64,000 nt of DNA from Gammaproteobacteria bacterium (lineage in GTDB: Bacteria > Pseudomonadota > Gammaproteobacteria > Magnimaribacterales > D2472). This document shows, in pieces, positions 53,221-64,000 of this stretch. The DNA lies in NCBI GenBank assembly GCA_002721465.1, contig PBKO01000007.1, positions 56,501 to 120,500 on the forward strand, in the 5' to 3' direction. Position numbers and translations under genes: made by a program. Position 1 is the first letter of the stretch, and each line of letters starts with the position of its first letter. Under the pieces are notes generated by a model, which saw nothing but the letters and a program-made list of their open reading frames with translations, searched no databases and was not told the DNA's origin.

Positions 53221-54636
53221 ATGTTCGATGTAGTTGTTATTGGAAGTGGTCCTGCTGGTTATGTTGCAGCAATTAGAGCAAGTCAACTTGGCCTTAAGAC
53301 TTTATGTATTGAAGAGTCCATTCAAAAAAATGGTGATGTTTCTCTTGGAGGCACATGCTTGAATATAGGGTGCATTCCATCAAAATCTCTTTTAGATTCT
53401 TCTCATAGATATTACGAAGCAATAAAGAACCTACCAAATCATGGAATCAATATTCAGGATATTAGTCTTGATTTGGAAACTATGATGAAAAGAAAAGACA
53501 ATATAGTAAAAAAACTTACTGGAGGTATATCTTCTTTATTTGCACAAAATAAAGTCGAACACATAGTTGGAAGAGGAAAAATTATTTCTCATAACAAAGT
53601 TGAAGTTACTAAATCTGACAAATCCATAGAAAACATTGAAACAAAAAATATAATTATTGCTACTGGATCAAGTCCAATTGAGATACCGTCTGCAAAGTTT
53701 GGTAAAAATATAGTTGATAGCACTGGCGCACTATCATTTAAAGAAGTTCCAAAATCATTAGGAATTATTGGTGCTGGTATTATTGGCCTTGAGCTTGGAA
53801 GTGTTTGGTCAAGACTTGGCTCCAAAGTAACAATTATTGAAGCACTCGATAATTTCTTACCTATGACTGATAAAGATATAGCTAAAGAATCATTTAAAGA
53901 GTTTCAAAAACAAGGTTTGGACATAAAACTTGGGTCCAAATTAATATCTGCTAAAGATCTAAAGGGGTCTGTAAAAATTATTTATAACAATGAAAAAGAT
54001 ATTGATATGGAGTTTGACAAATTAATTGTTGCTGTGGGTAGAGTTCCTAATACTAAGAATATATTTAAAGATGATATTGGAATAAGCATGTCAAATAACT
54101 TCATTGAGGTAAATGAATTTTGCCAAACAAATATTTCTAATATATGGGCAATTGGAGATGTGGTGAGGGGGCCAATGTTGGCTCATAAAGGAAGTGAAGA
54201 GGGAATTATGGTAGCTGAAAGAATTGCAAATAATTATGCGAAGGTAAACTATTCGCTTGTTCCCTCTGTAATATATTCTCATCCCGAAGTTGCTTGGGTA
54301 GGCTTGAACGAAAGTGAGCTTGAGGAAAAAGGCATTCAGTTTAAAATTGGTAAATTTCCATTTGCTGCAAGCGGAAGAGCTCTTGCAATAGACCAGTCAG
54401 TTGGTTTTGTAAAAATTCTATCAGAAGCCAGTTCTGATACTATTTTAGGTGTTCATGTTTTTGGACCATCTGCTGGTGAAATTGTTCAACAAGCTTTAAT
54501 TTCCATGGAATTTGGAGCGAGCTCGGAGGATCTTGGAATGACAATGTTTAGCCATCCAACAGTATCAGAAGCTTTGCACGAAGCAGCATTATCAGCTAAC
54601 AACGAAGCGATCCATATTGGAAATAGAACAAAATGA
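53221..54636 (+). CDS. lpdA: Dihydrolipoyl dehydrogenase E3
   Basis: GSGPAGY and the redox disulfide [13 protein letters not shown], plus C-terminal HPTVSEA. Confidence 0.95.
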   Translation: MFDVVVIGSGPAGYVAAIRASQLGLKTLCIEESIQKNGDVSLGGTCLNIGCIPSKSLLDSSHRYYEAIKNLPNHGINIQDISLDLETMMKRKDNIVKKLTGGISSLFAQNKVEHIVGRGKIISHNKVEVTKSDKSIENIETKNIIIATGSSPIEIPSAKFGKNIVDSTGALSFKEVPKSLGIIGAGIIGLELGSVWSRLGSKVTIIEALDNFLPMTDKDIAKESFKEFQKQGLDIKLGSKLISAKDLKGSVKIIYNNEKDIDMEFDKLIVAVGRVPNTKNIFKDDIGISMSNNFIEVNEFCQTNISNIWAIGDVVRGPMLAHKGSEEGIMVAERIANNYAKVNYSLVPSVIYSHPEVAWVGLNESELEEKGIQFKIGKFPFAASGRALAIDQSVGFVKILSEASSDTILGVHVFGPSAGEIVQQALISMEFGASSEDLGMTMFSHPTVSEALHEAALSANNEAIHIGNRTK

Positions 54637-55793
54637 ATTTGCACGAATATCAAGGCAAACAATTATTTGCTGAATACAATATCCCTGTATCAAAAGGTAA
54701 AATTATTTTCAGTCCTGAAGAGGTTATTGATGCTTGTAATGAAATTGGTGGAACAAAGTGGGTCGTTAAAACTCAGGTGCATGCAGGAGGAAGAGGTAAG
54801 TCTGGTGGGGTTGAATTAGTTGATTCGCCTGAAATGGCACTTGAATTCTCAAAAAAATGGCTTGGAAAAAGACTGGTTACATACCAAACAGATGGCAAAG
54901 GACAATTGGTCAATTCAATTCTAATTGAAGAGTGTACAGAAATTAAATCTGAATTATATCTAAGTGCTGTTGTTGACAGAGAATCACAAAAAATAGTCTT
55001 TATTGGATCAAGTGAAGGAGGAGTCAATATTGAAGATGTTGCAAAAAATTATCCAGATAAAATTATCTATCAAGGTGTTGAATATAAGGATAAAAATTTA
55101 GTAGACCAGTCTATTAATATAGCTAATGTCTTAAAGTTAAATGACGATCAAACAAAACAATTTGTTCCAATGATTGAAAATCTTTTGAGGCTTTTTGTGG
55201 AAAATGATTTAAGTTTATTAGAAATAAATCCTCTTGTTATAAATGATAAGGGGGATCTTCTATGTCTTGATGCCAAAATTAATATTGATTCAAATGCATT
55301 ATTTAGACAACCAAAAATTAATGATATGTATGATGAGACACAAGACGATCCACAAGAAGCTGAGGCTGCTAATAATGACTTGAGTTACGTATCACTTGAT
55401 GGAAACATAGGATGTATGGTTAATGGAGCTGGTTTAGCAATGGGAACAATGGATACAATAAAATACTTTGGTGGAAATCCTGCAAATTTTCTTGACGTTG
55501 GAGGAACTGCAACTCAAGAAAGAGTAACTAAAGCATTTAAAATTATTTTAAGAGATCCTGATGTTAAAGTTGTTTTAGTCAATATATTCGGTGGAATCGT
55601 CAGATGTGATTTAATTGCAGAGGGTGTTATTGCAGCCATAAAGGATGTTAATATAAAAATTCCTGTTGTCGTTAGATTAGAAGGCAATAATGCTGAACTA
55701 GGAGCAGAAATTTTACTTAATTCAAATATTAGAATTATAAGTATTAATGATTTGGCTGAAGCTGCAAAAAAATCAGTGGAATTAGCAAAATGA
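54633..55793 (+). CDS. sucC: Succinyl-CoA synthetase beta subunit
   Basis: [13 protein letters not shown]-terminus and ATP-grasp fold, plus [14 protein letters not shown]. Confidence 0.95.
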   Translation: MNLHEYQGKQLFAEYNIPVSKGKIIFSPEEVIDACNEIGGTKWVVKTQVHAGGRGKSGGVELVDSPEMALEFSKKWLGKRLVTYQTDGKGQLVNSILIEECTEIKSELYLSAVVDRESQKIVFIGSSEGGVNIEDVAKNYPDKIIYQGVEYKDKNLVDQSINIANVLKLNDDQTKQFVPMIENLLRLFVENDLSLLEINPLVINDKGDLLCLDAKINIDSNALFRQPKINDMYDETQDDPQEAEAANNDLSYVSLDGNIGCMVNGAGLAMGTMDTIKYFGGNPANFLDVGGTATQERVTKAFKIILRDPDVKVVLVNIFGGIVRCDLIAEGVIAAIKDVNIKIPVVVRLEGNNAELGAEILLNSNIRIISINDLAEAAKKSVELAK

Positions 55794-56656
55794 GTATTTT
55801 AGTTAACAAAGACACAAGATTACTTGTTCAAGGCTTCACTGGATCTCAAGGAACCCTTCATTCAGTGCAATCCATATCATATGGAACAAATATAGTTGGT
55901 GGAGTAACTCCTGGTAAAGGTGGAAATACACACCTTGATAAGCCTGTATTTAATACTGTAGAAGAGGCTGTAAAAGAAGTGGAACCAAATGCATCTATAA
56001 TTTTTGTACCAGCTAAGTTTTGCAAAAACTCAATAATTGAAGCTGCTGAAGCAAACATCAAGTTAATTGTTTGTATTACAGAAGGAATACCAACATTAGA
56101 CATGTTAGAAGTAAAAAAAACAGTTGATGAATTGGGCGTTAGACTGATTGGACCAAACTGTCCAGGAGTAATAACTCCGGGTGAGGCAAAGCTAGGAATA
56201 ATGCCTGGAGACATTCATCTCCCAGGATCAATAGGAATAATCTCCAGATCTGGTACATTGACATATGAAGCTGTCAAACAAACTACTGATATTGGTTTTG
56301 GTCAAAGTAGTTGTGTTGGTATTGGTGGCGACCCAATACCAGGATCCTCATTTGTAGATATTTTAAAACTTTTTGAAGATGATGAGAAAACAGAAGCAAT
56401 TGTGATGGTTGGAGAAATTGGAGGTAATGCAGAGGAAACTGCAGCGGAATATATAAGAGATAATATATCAAAACCTGTGGTTTCTTATATTGCAGGACAA
56501 ACTGCTCCTGCTGGAAAAAGAATGGGACATGCTGGGGCAATCATTGCTGGAGGAAAGGGAACTGCAAAAGATAAAATTGAAAAATTAAAAAAATGCGGTG
56601 TTCATATTGCTGACAATCTTGTGTCTATTGGAGAAAAGGTTTCAGAGGTTCTATAG
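55790..56656 (+). CDS. sucD: Succinyl-CoA synthetase alpha subunit
   Basis: SRSGTLTYE and the phosphohistidine loop MGHAGAI. Confidence 0.95.
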   Translation: MSILVNKDTRLLVQGFTGSQGTLHSVQSISYGTNIVGGVTPGKGGNTHLDKPVFNTVEEAVKEVEPNASIIFVPAKFCKNSIIEAAEANIKLIVCITEGIPTLDMLEVKKTVDELGVRLIGPNCPGVITPGEAKLGIMPGDIHLPGSIGIISRSGTLTYEAVKQTTDIGFGQSSCVGIGGDPIPGSSFVDILKLFEDDEKTEAIVMVGEIGGNAEETAAEYIRDNISKPVVSYIAGQTAPAGKRMGHAGAIIAGGKGTAKDKIEKLKKCGVHIADNLVSIGEKVSEVL

Positions 56657-58010
56657 ATTTATTTTTTTCTATATTAATTTTTATTATTTTTTTTAGTCTT
56701 GATATCGCAAGCACTGAGCAAAGAGATAAACCAATTATCATTCCGTACCACATCCCTTTTGCTCCAAGTGGATCTGAAAAACCATAATTTGTTAAAAAAT
56801 ATCCAATTGGCATTGCAAAGAACCAATATGAAATAACTAAAAGAATCATTGGAACAAAAGTATCCTTATAACCTCTCAAACTTCCTAATGCACCCATTTG
56901 TATTCCATCAGGCAATTGAAAAATTGCAGCAAAAATAATCAAGCTAATTGCCAGCTCTTTAACAGGAATTTCAGTTGTATATAAGCCTACTATAACTGGA
57001 CCAAAAGCTATAATTACAAAACTATTTATCAGTGCACCCAAAATACATAAATAAACTGTTGAAAAGGAAGCAATCCTAGCTTGAGCTGGATTTGATTCAC
57101 CTATTAAGTTACCTACCCGAGTTGCTGACGCTAAACCAATTGCCAAAGGGACCATGAAAAATAAACTTGCTATATTTATTGCAACTGTATGACTTGCTAC
57201 GACGACTTCACCAAGAATACTCAGTATAATTGCAGCTCCTGAAAACATACTAAGTTCAACAAAAATACCAATTCCTATTGGGAGGCCTAACTTAAAAACT
57301 TCTTTAGTCGTGCTCTTTGAAGGTGGAGAAAATGATACAAAGGGCATTGTTCTTGAATAATTCTTTGAAAAAGTAATATAAACAAATAATGTAAACATCA
57401 TTAGGAATGCTACTATTGATGTAGCAATTCCACATCCTACTCCGCCTAGCTTAGGTGCACCAAACCACCCATAAACAAAAATCAAATCAAGAGGAATATT
57501 TAAGAGCATTCCTAAAAAAGCAATTACAAAGATAGGTTTAGTTAAAGTCATTCCTTCGCTATAACATCGTAAACATGTAAAAACAGTAATAAATGCTATT
57601 CCTGGCGCTACTGCTTTTAAATAGTCTATTGATATGTCTGTTATAGAACTTTTAATAGGAAGATTTTTTAAAAGTATATCAAAATTAAAAAATATAAATG
57701 CTAGCAATAGACCAAGCGATGCTGCAATCCATAAAATTTCTCTTAGCTTTTTTCCAATTTCTATAAATTTCTTAGCTCCATATAATTGAGCAACTATTGG
57801 AGTTACTGAAAAAATGACTCCAGTAACAAAAAACCATAACGTATTGGCAAAAGCAGTTCCAACAGCTAAACCAGCTAGATCATTTGCGCTTGCCCTTCCA
57901 GCAATTATTGTATCAGCAGTCCCCATTAACATATATGACATTTGCGATCCGAAAATAGGAATGCCAATTTTAATTAATTGTTTAAATTCTAAAATGTATT
58001 TATTATTCAA
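56625..58010 (-). CDS. MATE-family multidrug/cation efflux transporter (NorM-like)
   Basis: A 12-TM protein with the MATE N-terminal pattern ([22 protein letters not shown]). Its 3' end overlaps sucD by 32 nt. Confidence 0.85.
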   Translation of the reverse strand: MNNKYILEFKQLIKIGIPIFGSQMSYMLMGTADTIIAGRASANDLAGLAVGTAFANTLWFFVTGVIFSVTPIVAQLYGAKKFIEIGKKLREILWIAASLGLLLAFIFFNFDILLKNLPIKSSITDISIDYLKAVAPGIAFITVFTCLRCYSEGMTLTKPIFVIAFLGMLLNIPLDLIFVYGWFGAPKLGGVGCGIATSIVAFLMMFTLFVYITFSKNYSRTMPFVSFSPPSKSTTKEVFKLGLPIGIGIFVELSMFSGAAIILSILGEVVVASHTVAINIASLFFMVPLAIGLASATRVGNLIGESNPAQARIASFSTVYLCILGALINSFVIIAFGPVIVGLYTTEIPVKELAISLIIFAAIFQLPDGIQMGALGSLRGYKDTFVPMILLVISYWFFAMPIGYFLTNYGFSDPLGAKGMWYGMIIGLSLCSVLAISRLKKIIKINIEKNKSIEPLKPFLQ

Positions 58011-58136
58011 TTTAATACTTAAATATTTTTTGAGTACTTTATCATAATAAAAGTATTTATTTAGGAGATAATTATTAGAAAAGATAACAGACCTTATTGG
58101 TTAAAAAAACTTTCAAAAAAATTAATTAAGGCTTAT

Positions 58137-58793
58137 GTGAAACAATTTCTTGAACCCCAATTTAAACATTTGGGGAAGGGTGGAGCATACTTTAAGCCCA
58201 AATATATTAAGGTATTTGGTAAGAATGTTTCTGTTGACGATTTCCCGACTTTAATTGGCGCAAGAGATGCAAACATCCAATTTACTTCTTGGAATATTGG
58301 TGAAAATGACGGAATTATTAATATTGGAAAATATTGCCTCATAACACCAGGTGTGAGAATTATGGCTGCAGAAAAAATAGAAATAGGTAATGCATGTATG
58401 ATTGCTCATGGAGCATATATTTCAGATGCAGATTGGCATGGTATTTATGATAGAGCAGAACCTGTTGGTAATACCAAACCAATAATTTTAAAAGATAATG
58501 TTTGGATAGGAGATAGTGCAATTATATGCAAGGGAGTTACTATAGGAGAAAATAGTATTATTGGTGCAGGTGCAGTTGTTACCAAAAATGTACCGAAAAA
58601 TTGTATATATGCTGGCAATCCAGCAGGACTGGTTAAAAAAATTAATCAGAAAGAATTTAATACAAGAAAAGATTTTTTTAGTGATCCAGCAAAACTCGCT
58701 TATGAGTTTGACATGCTTGACAAATTTTCTCTTAAAGAAAACACTCTTTTGAATTGGCTGAAGAGTTTAGTCAATCCAGACAAAAAGCATTAA
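58137..58793 (+). CDS. Left-handed beta-helix (hexapeptide-repeat) acyl/acetyltransferase
   Basis: Hexapeptide repeats VWIGDSAIICKGVTIGENSIIGAGAVV followed by YAGNPAG. GTG start. Confidence 0.7.
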   Translation: MKQFLEPQFKHLGKGGAYFKPKYIKVFGKNVSVDDFPTLIGARDANIQFTSWNIGENDGIINIGKYCLITPGVRIMAAEKIEIGNACMIAHGAYISDADWHGIYDRAEPVGNTKPIILKDNVWIGDSAIICKGVTIGENSIIGAGAVVTKNVPKNCIYAGNPAGLVKKINQKEFNTRKDFFSDPAKLAYEFDMLDKFSLKENTLLNWLKSLVNPDKKH

Positions 58794-58867
58794 ATATCTT
58801 AAAGGCATATAAATTGCATGTATAATAACAATTAATATATATTTTTTATAAATAAAAAGGATTTTAA

Positions 58868-59254
58868 TTGAGTGAAATAAATAAAACTAAATCTATTAAC
58901 GTTTCTAAGAAATTAATCAAAAATATTCTTGAACAAACAATTCTCAATACAAGCATTCCTAATTCGTTAGGTTTTTTTCAATCAGATACATATAGATTTT
59001 TTTTCTTGATGAGTTTTATGTTGGAGTACTTTGAGGGTAACGAAATTTCTCAAGAGTATGCTATATCCTTGGTACCAAAGAAATTTGCATCCAGAATTAA
59101 ACGTCTCCAGGTTTTGAAGCAAGCTGTAAAACTTGGATACTTGAGTGAAACAAGTTCCGATCGTGATAGGCGAAGAAGAATATACAAACCAACAGAAGGT
59201 CTTTTGAATGATTTCTTAGCTTACTCAGAAAAAATATCTTCTTTCAATAGATAA
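58868..59254 (+). CDS. Small winged-helix protein, MarR-like C-terminal half; function unknown
   Basis: LVPKKFASRIKRLQVLKQAVKLGYLSETSSDRDRRRRIYKPTEGL follows the MarR recognition-helix plus wing pattern (D-R-R...LT..G). TTG start preceded by AAAGGA. It is the only ORF in this gap. Confidence 0.4.
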   Translation: MSEINKTKSINVSKKLIKNILEQTILNTSIPNSLGFFQSDTYRFFFLMSFMLEYFEGNEISQEYAISLVPKKFASRIKRLQVLKQAVKLGYLSETSSDRDRRRRIYKPTEGLLNDFLAYSEKISSFNR

Positions 59255-59306
59255 TCAATATTTTACTAAATCTACCTATATAACATCTTTTTAATTACAA
59301 TGACTT

Positions 59307-59702
59307 ATGGAAACAAATATTAAAAGTGACAAACAATGGAAAGATATTCTTGATGATGAAAGTTATAGGGTTACGAGACTATCTGGAACAGAGAGACCAT
59401 TTACAGGCAAGTATTGGAATTTTAACGAAAAGGGGAGCTATAAATGCATTTGCTGTGGTGAAAAATTGTTTGAATCTGAAACAAAATTTGATGCTGGGTG
59501 TGGTTGGCCAAGCTTTTTCATTCCAGCTGATCAAACTTGTATAAACGAATTTAAAGATGACTCATTGGGAATGAGAAGAATAGAAGTTAAATGTTCTAAA
59601 TGTGATGCTCATTTAGGACATGTTTTTAATGATGGCCCAGAACCAACAGGTTTGAGATATTGTATTAACTCAGCCTCACTAGATTTTGAACAAAATCAAT
59701 AA
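59307..59702 (+). CDS. msrB: Methionine-R-sulfoxide reductase MsrB
   Basis: Zinc CxxC pairs ([18 protein letters not shown]) and catalytic RYCINS. Confidence 0.95.
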   Translation: METNIKSDKQWKDILDDESYRVTRLSGTERPFTGKYWNFNEKGSYKCICCGEKLFESETKFDAGCGWPSFFIPADQTCINEFKDDSLGMRRIEVKCSKCDAHLGHVFNDGPEPTGLRYCINSASLDFEQNQ

Positions 59703-61254
59703 AAAAAAACAAACTTTTACCGTTGGATTTTTTTATAGCCTAAGGAGGGTTATTTCTGGAACCAGCCTATCAAGATTTTTTGGTCTGATAAGAGATATCT
59801 CCACAACAAATCTCCTAGGCGCCTCCGTATTTCATGATATTTTTGTTGTTTGTTTAAAAATCCCAAATTTATTTAGAAGGTTTTTTGCAGAAGGAGCATT
59901 CAACCAAGCCTTTATTCCAATCTATAGTGATTATGAAAAAGCTAAAAATCACGATGATACTATTGAGTTTTTAAATTCATTGTCTGGTATTTTGGTTAGT
60001 TTTTTATTTATTTTTACTATACTTGTCTTAATATTTGCCCCAATATTTATTTTTATTTTTGCTCCTGGTTTTTATTTTGATCCTTTAAAGAAAGACATAT
60101 CTATAAATGTATTAAGAATAATGTTTCCCTATCTTGCTTTGATATCTTTGGTCGCCTTTGCAGGCGGCATACAAAATACACACAAAAAGTTTTCTTTACC
60201 CGCCTTCACACCTGTAATTTTTAATATATGCCTTATATTTGCAGCAATATTTATTGCACCTATTTATGAGATGCCAATTTATGCTCTCGCATGGGGCGTT
60301 TTTTTAGCTGGTATTTTACAACTTTTAATTCAAGTCTTGCCTCTATGGCAAATTAATAGGCTCCCTGTTCCTAAAATGAATATGAGCAACCCTGGAGTTA
60401 AAAAATTTTTTAAATTGATATTACCTGCTATTTTAGCAGGTGGAATAATTCAAATAAATTTACTTGTTGATACAATCTTTGCATCATTTCTGGAGACTGG
60501 AAGTCCAACATGGCTATATGTATCTGACAGATTGATTCAGTTTCCAATGGGAATTTTTGCAATCGCGATTGGTACTGTGTTATTACCAACACTCTCAAAA
60601 TATGATGTAGATATTGAAAAAGATAAATTTATAAATGCTATCCAAAATGGACAAAGATTCGTTCTCTTTATCGGGATACCATGTTTGATTGGGCTTTTCT
60701 TTTGCGCAGAAGATTTAATAAGTACTATTTTCTATAGAGGAGCATTTTCTGATATAGATGTTATAAATTCATCATACAGCTTAATGATATTCTCATTTGG
60801 ATTACCTTTTTTTATGTTGATTAAGGTTCTTACACCAGCTTTCTTTGCAAGAAAAGATACAAAAACACCTATGTATGTTGCTTTAATATCGCTTTTGCTG
60901 AATGCTACATTTAATTATTATTTTGCATTTGTTCTAGATTATGGGCATGTTGGAATTGCAATTGGAAGCTCATTAGCAGCAACTATCAGTGTTTTTATTC
61001 TTGAAATTAGTTTGTATAAAAATGGATTTATTAAAGTAAAAAATATATTCAATATTTTTAATTTAAATATACTTTTATCTAGTATATGTTTAATTATATT
61101 TTTATATTTTTGTACTTCTTACTTAGACTTCATGAAATTATCTCAGATTGAAAGAATCTTTTATCTTCTTCTTGAGGTAGCAGTCTCAATTATTATTTAT
61201 TTTTCTGTTTCAAGATTAATTTTAAGAAAACCATTCAAATTACTTTTCAATTGA
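59686..61254 (+). CDS. murJ: Lipid II flippase MurJ (MviN)
   Basis: [11 protein letters not shown] aligns with E. coli MFSRVLGFARD. It has 14 TM segments. The only available start is TTG 59686, overlapping msrB by 17 nt. Confidence 0.8.
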   Translation: MNKINKKKQTFTVGFFYSLRRVISGTSLSRFFGLIRDISTTNLLGASVFHDIFVVCLKIPNLFRRFFAEGAFNQAFIPIYSDYEKAKNHDDTIEFLNSLSGILVSFLFIFTILVLIFAPIFIFIFAPGFYFDPLKKDISINVLRIMFPYLALISLVAFAGGIQNTHKKFSLPAFTPVIFNICLIFAAIFIAPIYEMPIYALAWGVFLAGILQLLIQVLPLWQINRLPVPKMNMSNPGVKKFFKLILPAILAGGIIQINLLVDTIFASFLETGSPTWLYVSDRLIQFPMGIFAIAIGTVLLPTLSKYDVDIEKDKFINAIQNGQRFVLFIGIPCLIGLFFCAEDLISTIFYRGAFSDIDVINSSYSLMIFSFGLPFFMLIKVLTPAFFARKDTKTPMYVALISLLLNATFNYYFAFVLDYGHVGIAIGSSLAATISVFILEISLYKNGFIKVKNIFNIFNLNILLSSICLIIFLYFCTSYLDFMKLSQIERIFYLLLEVAVSIIIYFSVSRLILRKPFKLLFN

Positions 61255-61255
61255 T

Positions 61256-62218
61256 ATGTATTTAATAAGAGGACAACATAATCTAAAGTTATTTAATTCA
61301 AGATATCCCAATGAGGCTCTCTCTGGAACAATAGGTAATTTTGATGGTTTGCATCTAGGCCATCAAGCAATTCTAAAAAAAATAAAAAAAAATGCAGATA
61401 AATATAATGCCAAAACTATAGTCTTTTTTACTGAGCCTCATGCTTCTGAATATTTTTCTATCATAAAAGATAAAAGTTCCAATCCTCCTCCAAGAATATG
61501 TCCATGGCGAGAAAAGTTTAAGCTTCTTCAAAAAAGTGGAATAGATTTTGCATGTTTTCTAAAGTTTAATAATAACCTTCGTACAATGTCTCCAGAAAGT
61601 TTTATATCTGAGATTTTAGAATCAATCAATTTAAAAAGTTTTACAGTTGGTGATGATTTTAGATTTGGAGCTGACAGGAAAGGTGATACTGATCTCCTAA
61701 GAGCTTGGGGAGATCAAAAAGGAATATATATTGAAAATACAGAAACTATTCTCTTTAATCAGGAGCGGGTAAGCAGCTCAAGAATAAGGAGTGCTCTTCT
61801 AGAAAATAATTTTGAATTGGCAAAAAATCTTTTAGGAAGACCTTACACTTTTTCAGGGAAGGTAGTACATGGCCAGCATCTTGGTAGAACTATAGATGTT
61901 CCAACAGCAAACATATGGCTTCCTAATCAACGACTCCCAATACAAGGAGTTTATGCCGTGGAATGTAAACTAAACAACATGAAACTTTATGGTATTGCCA
62001 ACATGGGGGTAAGACCTACAGTAGGAGGAGATAAACCAGTATTAGAAGTTCACTTATTTGAATTTAATAAAAACATTTATTCCCAAAGACTTCGTGTCAA
62101 ATTTGTTAAAAAAATAAGAGATGAAAAGAAATTTGATAATTTAGACATGTTAAAATCTCAGATTCAAGAGGATATATCGACAGCAAAAAATATTTTACGT
62201 ACTTCCAATGACAACTAA
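61256..62218 (+). CDS. ribF: Bifunctional riboflavin kinase / FMN adenylyltransferase
   Basis: GNFDGLHLGHQ, SSSRIR, and PTANI motifs. Order murJ-ribF-ileS is conserved. Confidence 0.9.
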   Translation: MYLIRGQHNLKLFNSRYPNEALSGTIGNFDGLHLGHQAILKKIKKNADKYNAKTIVFFTEPHASEYFSIIKDKSSNPPPRICPWREKFKLLQKSGIDFACFLKFNNNLRTMSPESFISEILESINLKSFTVGDDFRFGADRKGDTDLLRAWGDQKGIYIENTETILFNQERVSSSRIRSALLENNFELAKNLLGRPYTFSGKVVHGQHLGRTIDVPTANIWLPNQRLPIQGVYAVECKLNNMKLYGIANMGVRPTVGGDKPVLEVHLFEFNKNIYSQRLRVKFVKKIRDEKKFDNLDMLKSQIQEDISTAKNILRTSNDN

Positions 62219-64000
62219 TTATAGAGATACATTAAATCTTCCAAATACTGATTTTTCAATGAAAGCTGGATTGCCAAGAAAAGAGCCAGAAATATTAGAT
62301 TTATGGTCCCGTACAGATTTATACGGAAAGATTAGAAAAAAATATGAAAATAAAGAATTGTTTCTTTTGCATGACGGACCCCCCTATGCAAATGGTGACA
62401 TACATCTTGGCCACTCGGTCAATAAAATTTTAAAGGATATAACTATTAAACATAAAACTCTTCAAGGTTTTAATGCTCCTTATGTACCTGGTTGGGACTG
62501 TCATGGTCTTCCAATTGAGCTTAATGTTGAAAAGAAGCATGGAAAAAACAGTGAACTCGTAAAAAACAAAGAGGCTTTTCAAAAAGCTTGCAAAGAATAT
62601 GCTGAAAGCCAAATAAATAAACAATTAAATGATTTTAAAAGACTAGGCGTGCTTGGTGATTGGGAAAATTCATATAAATCATTAGATCCAAAATTTGAAG
62701 CAGACATCGTTAGATCATTAGGAATTATATATAGCGAAGGTTATCTAGAAAAAGGTGAAAAGCCTGTTCACTGGTGCCAAGAAAGTGGATCATCCTTAGC
62801 AGAGGCAGAAGTTGAATATATTGATAAAACATCAAAAGCAATTGATGTTGCATTCAAGGTTGATCATGCATCTTTAGAAAAGTTAAATGATATATTTAAT
62901 ACTGAAGACACAGACGAAATATCATTTGTTATATGGACTACAACACCATGGACAATACCCTCAAATGTAGCTGTATGTATCAATCCTGAATACAAATATT
63001 CACTCATAAAAATGAAAAATAAATTTTATGTAATTGCATTTGAGATGATTGATCAATGCTCTAAAAGATGGAAACAAAAATTTGAAGTTGTATCGACCAT
63101 ACAAGGTGAAAGATTAAGTGATATTGAACTTATTCATCCTTTTTTAGATAGGAAATCAGTCCTTCTTCATGCAGACCATGTCACAACTGAAGCAGGAACA
63201 GGTTGCGTCCATACCGCTCCAGCTCATGGTATGGATGATTATTTAATATGTAAGAAGAATAATATTGAGACTATCCACTCACTAAATAACAAGGCTTTCT
63301 TCAAGGATGAGCTAGATTTCATTGCAGGACTTCCTGCAATGAAAGCGGATCCGTTCATTGTTGAAAAATTACAAGAGCATAATGCACTTATCAATATAGA
63401 AGATTATCATCATTCTTACCCTCACTGTTGGAGACGTAAAACGCCTTTAATTTTTACATCGACTCCTCAGTGGTTTATTTCAATGAAAAAAAATAATCTT
63501 ATAAAAGATGCTCTAAAACATATTAAGAGTGTTAATTGGGAACCCTCATGGGGTCTTCAAAGAATAGAATCAATGCTTACTGAAAGACCAGATTGGTGCA
63601 TTTCTAGACAAAGAAATTGGGGTGTTCCAATAACTTTAGTTGTTCATAAAGACACTGGAGAAATCCATCCTAGCCAAAAAGACCTGTTTGAAAAGTTTGC
63701 GCAAACTATTGAGAAAGAAGGAATTTCAGCTTGGGATAAGTTGAGTCTAAAAGATTATATCGATGATCATGAAGAATATATTAAAACTTCCGATTCACTT
63801 GATGTGTGGTTTGATTCTGGAGTAACTCATTATGCAGTTTCTGAAAAAAGATTTGGTAATAATGTAGTTGCAGATCTCTACCTAGAGGGCTCAGACCAAC
63901 ATAGAGGATGGTTTCAATCATCATTATTATCAAGCATAGCTATGAATAAGTCAGCACCATATAAAACTGTTCTGACTCATGGGTTTGTTGTAGATGAGCA
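62208..64000 (+). CDS. ileS: Isoleucyl-tRNA synthetase, N-terminal ~597 aa (3' end lies outside the window)
   Basis: I translated this by hand from ATG 62208: MTTNYRDTLNLPNTDFSMKAGL..., HIGH motif PYANGDIHLGH, WDCHGLP. It is absent from the ORF track because no stop falls in the window. It overlaps the ribF stop by 11 nt. Confidence 0.95.
   Translation, partial: MTTNYRDTLNLPNTDFSMKAGLPRKEPEILDLWSRTDLYGKIRKKYENKELFLLHDGPPYANGDIHLGHSVNKILKDITIKHKTLQGFNAPYVPGWDCHGLPIELNVEKKHGKNSELVKNKEAFQKACKEYAESQINKQLNDFKRLGVLGDWENSYKSLDPKFEADIVRSLGIIYSEGYLEKGEKPVHWCQESGSSLAEAEVEYIDKTSKAIDVAFKVDHASLEKLNDIFNTEDTDEISFVIWTTTPWTIPSNVAVCINPEYKYSLIKMKNKFYVIAFEMIDQCSKRWKQKFEVVSTIQGERLSDIELIHPFLDRKSVLLHADHVTTEAGTGCVHTAPAHGMDDYLICKKNNIETIHSLNNKAFFKDELDFIAGLPAMKADPFIVEKLQEHNALINIEDYHHSYPHCWRRKTPLIFTSTPQWFISMKKNNLIKDALKHIKSVNWEPSWGLQRIESMLTERPDWCISRQRNWGVPITLVVHKDTGEIHPSQKDLFEKFAQTIEKEGISAWDKLSLKDYIDDHEEYIKTSDSLDVWFDSGVTHYAVSEKRFGNNVVADLYLEGSDQHRGWFQSSLLSSIAMNKSAPYKTVLTHGFVVDE

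Overview
This 64-kb window is core chromosome from a very AT-rich, extremely gene-dense gammaproteobacterium. By my tally of the calls below, only about 1.4 kb is not assigned to a gene or RNA. Many neighbouring genes overlap by 1-30 nt, including three convergent 3'-end overlaps. The gene order reads as conserved Pseudomonas-type blocks joined end to end. The blocks are: murC-ddl-ftsQ-ftsA | rpsF-rpsR-rplI-dnaB-alr | pyrG-kdsA-eno-ftsB-ispDF-surE-pcm ... fdxA ... recA | thiolase, proS | fmdB-aspS-yebC-[X]-ybgC-tolQRAB-pal-cpoB-tRNA-Lys | bepA-perM-iaaA-bcp-dapA-bamC-purC | iscRSUA-fdx-iscX-ndk-rlmN-rodZ-ispG-hisS-yfgM-bamB-der | sdhCDAB-sucAB-lpdA-sucCD | MATE, acyltransferase, wHTH, msrB | murJ-ribF-ileS. 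A streamlined marine lineage (SAR86-like or similar) is my guess only and is not testable here. I found one tRNA (Lys-UUU). I found no rRNA, IS element, prophage, CRISPR array or recognisable defence or toxin cassette, so I cannot honestly point to a multi-gene novel system. What stands out is what sits in, or is missing from, the conserved slots. (1) A 141-aa Hjc/endonuclease-I-like PD-(D/E)XK nuclease occupies exactly the ruvC-ruvA-ruvB slot. (2) A 7Fe ferredoxin carries an unassigned ~95-aa C-terminal extension. (3) A C-terminal remnant of an Anbu/proteasome-type protease lies in the largest non-coding gap of the window. (4) ProRS lacks the INS editing domain. (5) ispD and ispF are fused in situ. 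(6) ftsZ, hscBA, nlpD-rpoS, mutS and recX are absent from their usual positions. (7) The isc promoter and a near-perfect IscR type-1 operator are packed into 30 nt, implying a nearly leaderless GTG-initiated iscR. (8) An NTT/TLC-like transporter starts 21 nt after the tRNA. All absences are local to this window and need the whole genome to interpret.
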